Below, one piece after another: positions 62,501 to 64,000 of a stretch of DNA of 64,000 nt (the stretch's first letter is position 1; every line of letters begins with the position of its first letter). The DNA is taken from contig CM059438.1 in the NCBI GenBank assembly GCA_030390025.1, positions 53,508,001 through 53,572,000 on the forward strand, given 5' to 3'. This DNA is from Squalus acanthias (taxonomy: Eukaryota). The position numbers and the translations under genes were made by a program. The notes under the pieces are model-generated. The model did no database searches and was not told the origin of the DNA. It was given only the letters and a program-made list of their open reading frames with translations.

Positions 62501-64000
62501 ACCCGGGACTGAGGGTCTGTGTTTGTGGAGACCCGGGACTGTGTGTCTGTGTGTGGAGACGCTGGACTGTGGGTCTGTGGTGAACCGGGACTGTGGTTCT
62601 GTGTTTGGAGACCCGGGACTGTGGGTCAGTGTGTGGAGTCCCGGGACTGTGGGTCTGTGTGTGTGGAGACCTGGGACTGTGGGTCTGTGTCTGTGGAGGC
62701 CCGGGACTGTGGGTCTGTGTGTGGAGACCTGGGACTGTGGGTCTGTGTGTGTGGAGACCCAGGACTGTGGGTCTGTGTGTGTGGAGACCCGGGACTGTGG
62801 GTCTGTGTGTGTGGAGACCCGGGATTGTGGGTCTGTGTGTGTGGAGACCCGGGACTGTGGGTCTGTGTGTGTGGAGACCCGGGACTGTGGGTCTGTCTGT
62901 GTGGAGACCCGGGACTGTGGGTCTGTGTGTGTGGAGACCCGGAACTGTGGATCTGTGTGTGGAGACCCGGCACTGTGGGTCTGTGTGTGGAGACCCGGGT
63001 CTGTGGGTCTGTGTGTGTGGAGACCCGGGACTGTGCGTCTGTGTGTGTGGAGACCCGGGACTGTGGGTCTGTGCGTGTGGAGACCCGGGACTGTGGGTCT
63101 GTGTGTGGAGACCCGGGTCTGTGGGTCTGTGTGTGGAGCCCCGGGACTGTGGGTCTGTGTGTGTGGAGACCCGGGACTGTGGGTCTGCGTGTGTGGAGAC
63201 CCGGGATTGTGGGTTTGTGTGTGTGGAGATCCGAGACTGTGGGTCTGAGTGTGTGCAGCCCCGGGACTGTAGGTCTGTGTGTGTGGAGACCCGGGACTGT
63301 GGGTCTGTGTGTGTGGAGACCCGGGACTGTGAGTCTGTGTGTGTGGAGATCCGAGACTGTGGGACTGTGTCTGGAGACCAGGACTGTGAGTCTGTGTGTG
63401 GAGACCCGGGACTGTGGGTCTGTGTGTGCGGAGACCCGGGACTGTGGGTCTGTGTGTGGAGACCCAGGACTGTGGGTCTGTGTGTGGAGACCCGGGACTG
63501 TGTGTCTGTGTGTGTGGAGACCCGGGACTGTGGGTCTGTGTGCGTGGAGACCCGGGACTGTGGGTCTGTGTGTCTGAATACCCAGGACTGTGAGTCTGTG
63601 TGTGTGGAGACCCAGGACTGTGGGTCTGTGTGTGTGGAGACCCGGGACTGTGGGTCTGTGTGTGTAGACCCGGGACTGTGGGTCTGTGTGTGTAGAGACC
63701 CAGGACTGTGGGTCTGTGTGTGTGGAGACGCGGGACTGTGGGTCTATGTGTGTGGAGACCCGGGACTGTGTGTCTGTGTGTGTGTGGAGACCCGGGACTG
63801 TGGGTCTGTGTGTGTGGAGACCCGGGAATGTGGGTCTGTGTGTGTGGAGAACCGGGACTGTGGTACAGTGTGTGTGGAGACCCGGGAATGTGGATCTGTG
63901 TGTGGAGACCCTGGACTGTGGGTCTGTGTGTGTGGAGACCCGGGACTGTGTGTCTGTGTGTGTGGAGACCCGGGACTGTGGGTCTGTGTTTGTGGAGACC
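47521..64000. repeat. 28/30-bp minisatellite GGAGACCCGGGACTGTGGGTCTGTGTGTGT, interrupted at 47793-49511; runs off the right edge
   Basis: Directly visible. Unit length varies with the (TG)n count. Confidence 0.98.
47793..49511 (-). mobile_element. Solo LTR, 1719 bp, family unassigned
   Basis: TGTA...TACA termini and 4-bp TSD GGAG (47789-47792 and 49512-49515). On the minus strand: GC box at about 48931, TATAAT at about 48905, AATAAA at about 48044. Confidence 0.8.

Noticed and set aside
49415..63593. Very long His/Thr/Pro- or Cys/Val-rich ORFs up to 1595 aa
   Set aside because: The stop-poor minisatellite is open in nearly all frames on both strands, and frequent 2-bp indels show no frame conservation.

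Overview
Gene-poor, repeat-saturated vertebrate DNA. The transposon families suggest a cartilaginous fish (inference). A 23-bp satellite (1-6572) and a 28/30-bp GT-rich minisatellite (47521-64000) flank about 41 kb of nested mobile elements. These are: many CR1 LINE fragments and one near-intact full-length CR1 with a monomeric 5' UTR; single-ORF CR1/Zenon-like LINEs with a tRNA-derived 5' head; two decayed Harbinger transposons plus MITEs; a young CsRn1-type Ty3/Gypsy provirus; a Penelope element with a hammerhead ribozyme; a Vingi LINE; and a 1.7-kb solo LTR. The only host-gene-like sequence is an intronless MROH1-like fragment split by the Gypsy insertion. The top candidate for an unusual system is the protein-coding LINE with a tRNA-Thr-like Pol III head, seen in two independent copies, whose sense strand almost lacks TTTT terminators. 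All assignments come from reading motifs by eye; no searches were run.
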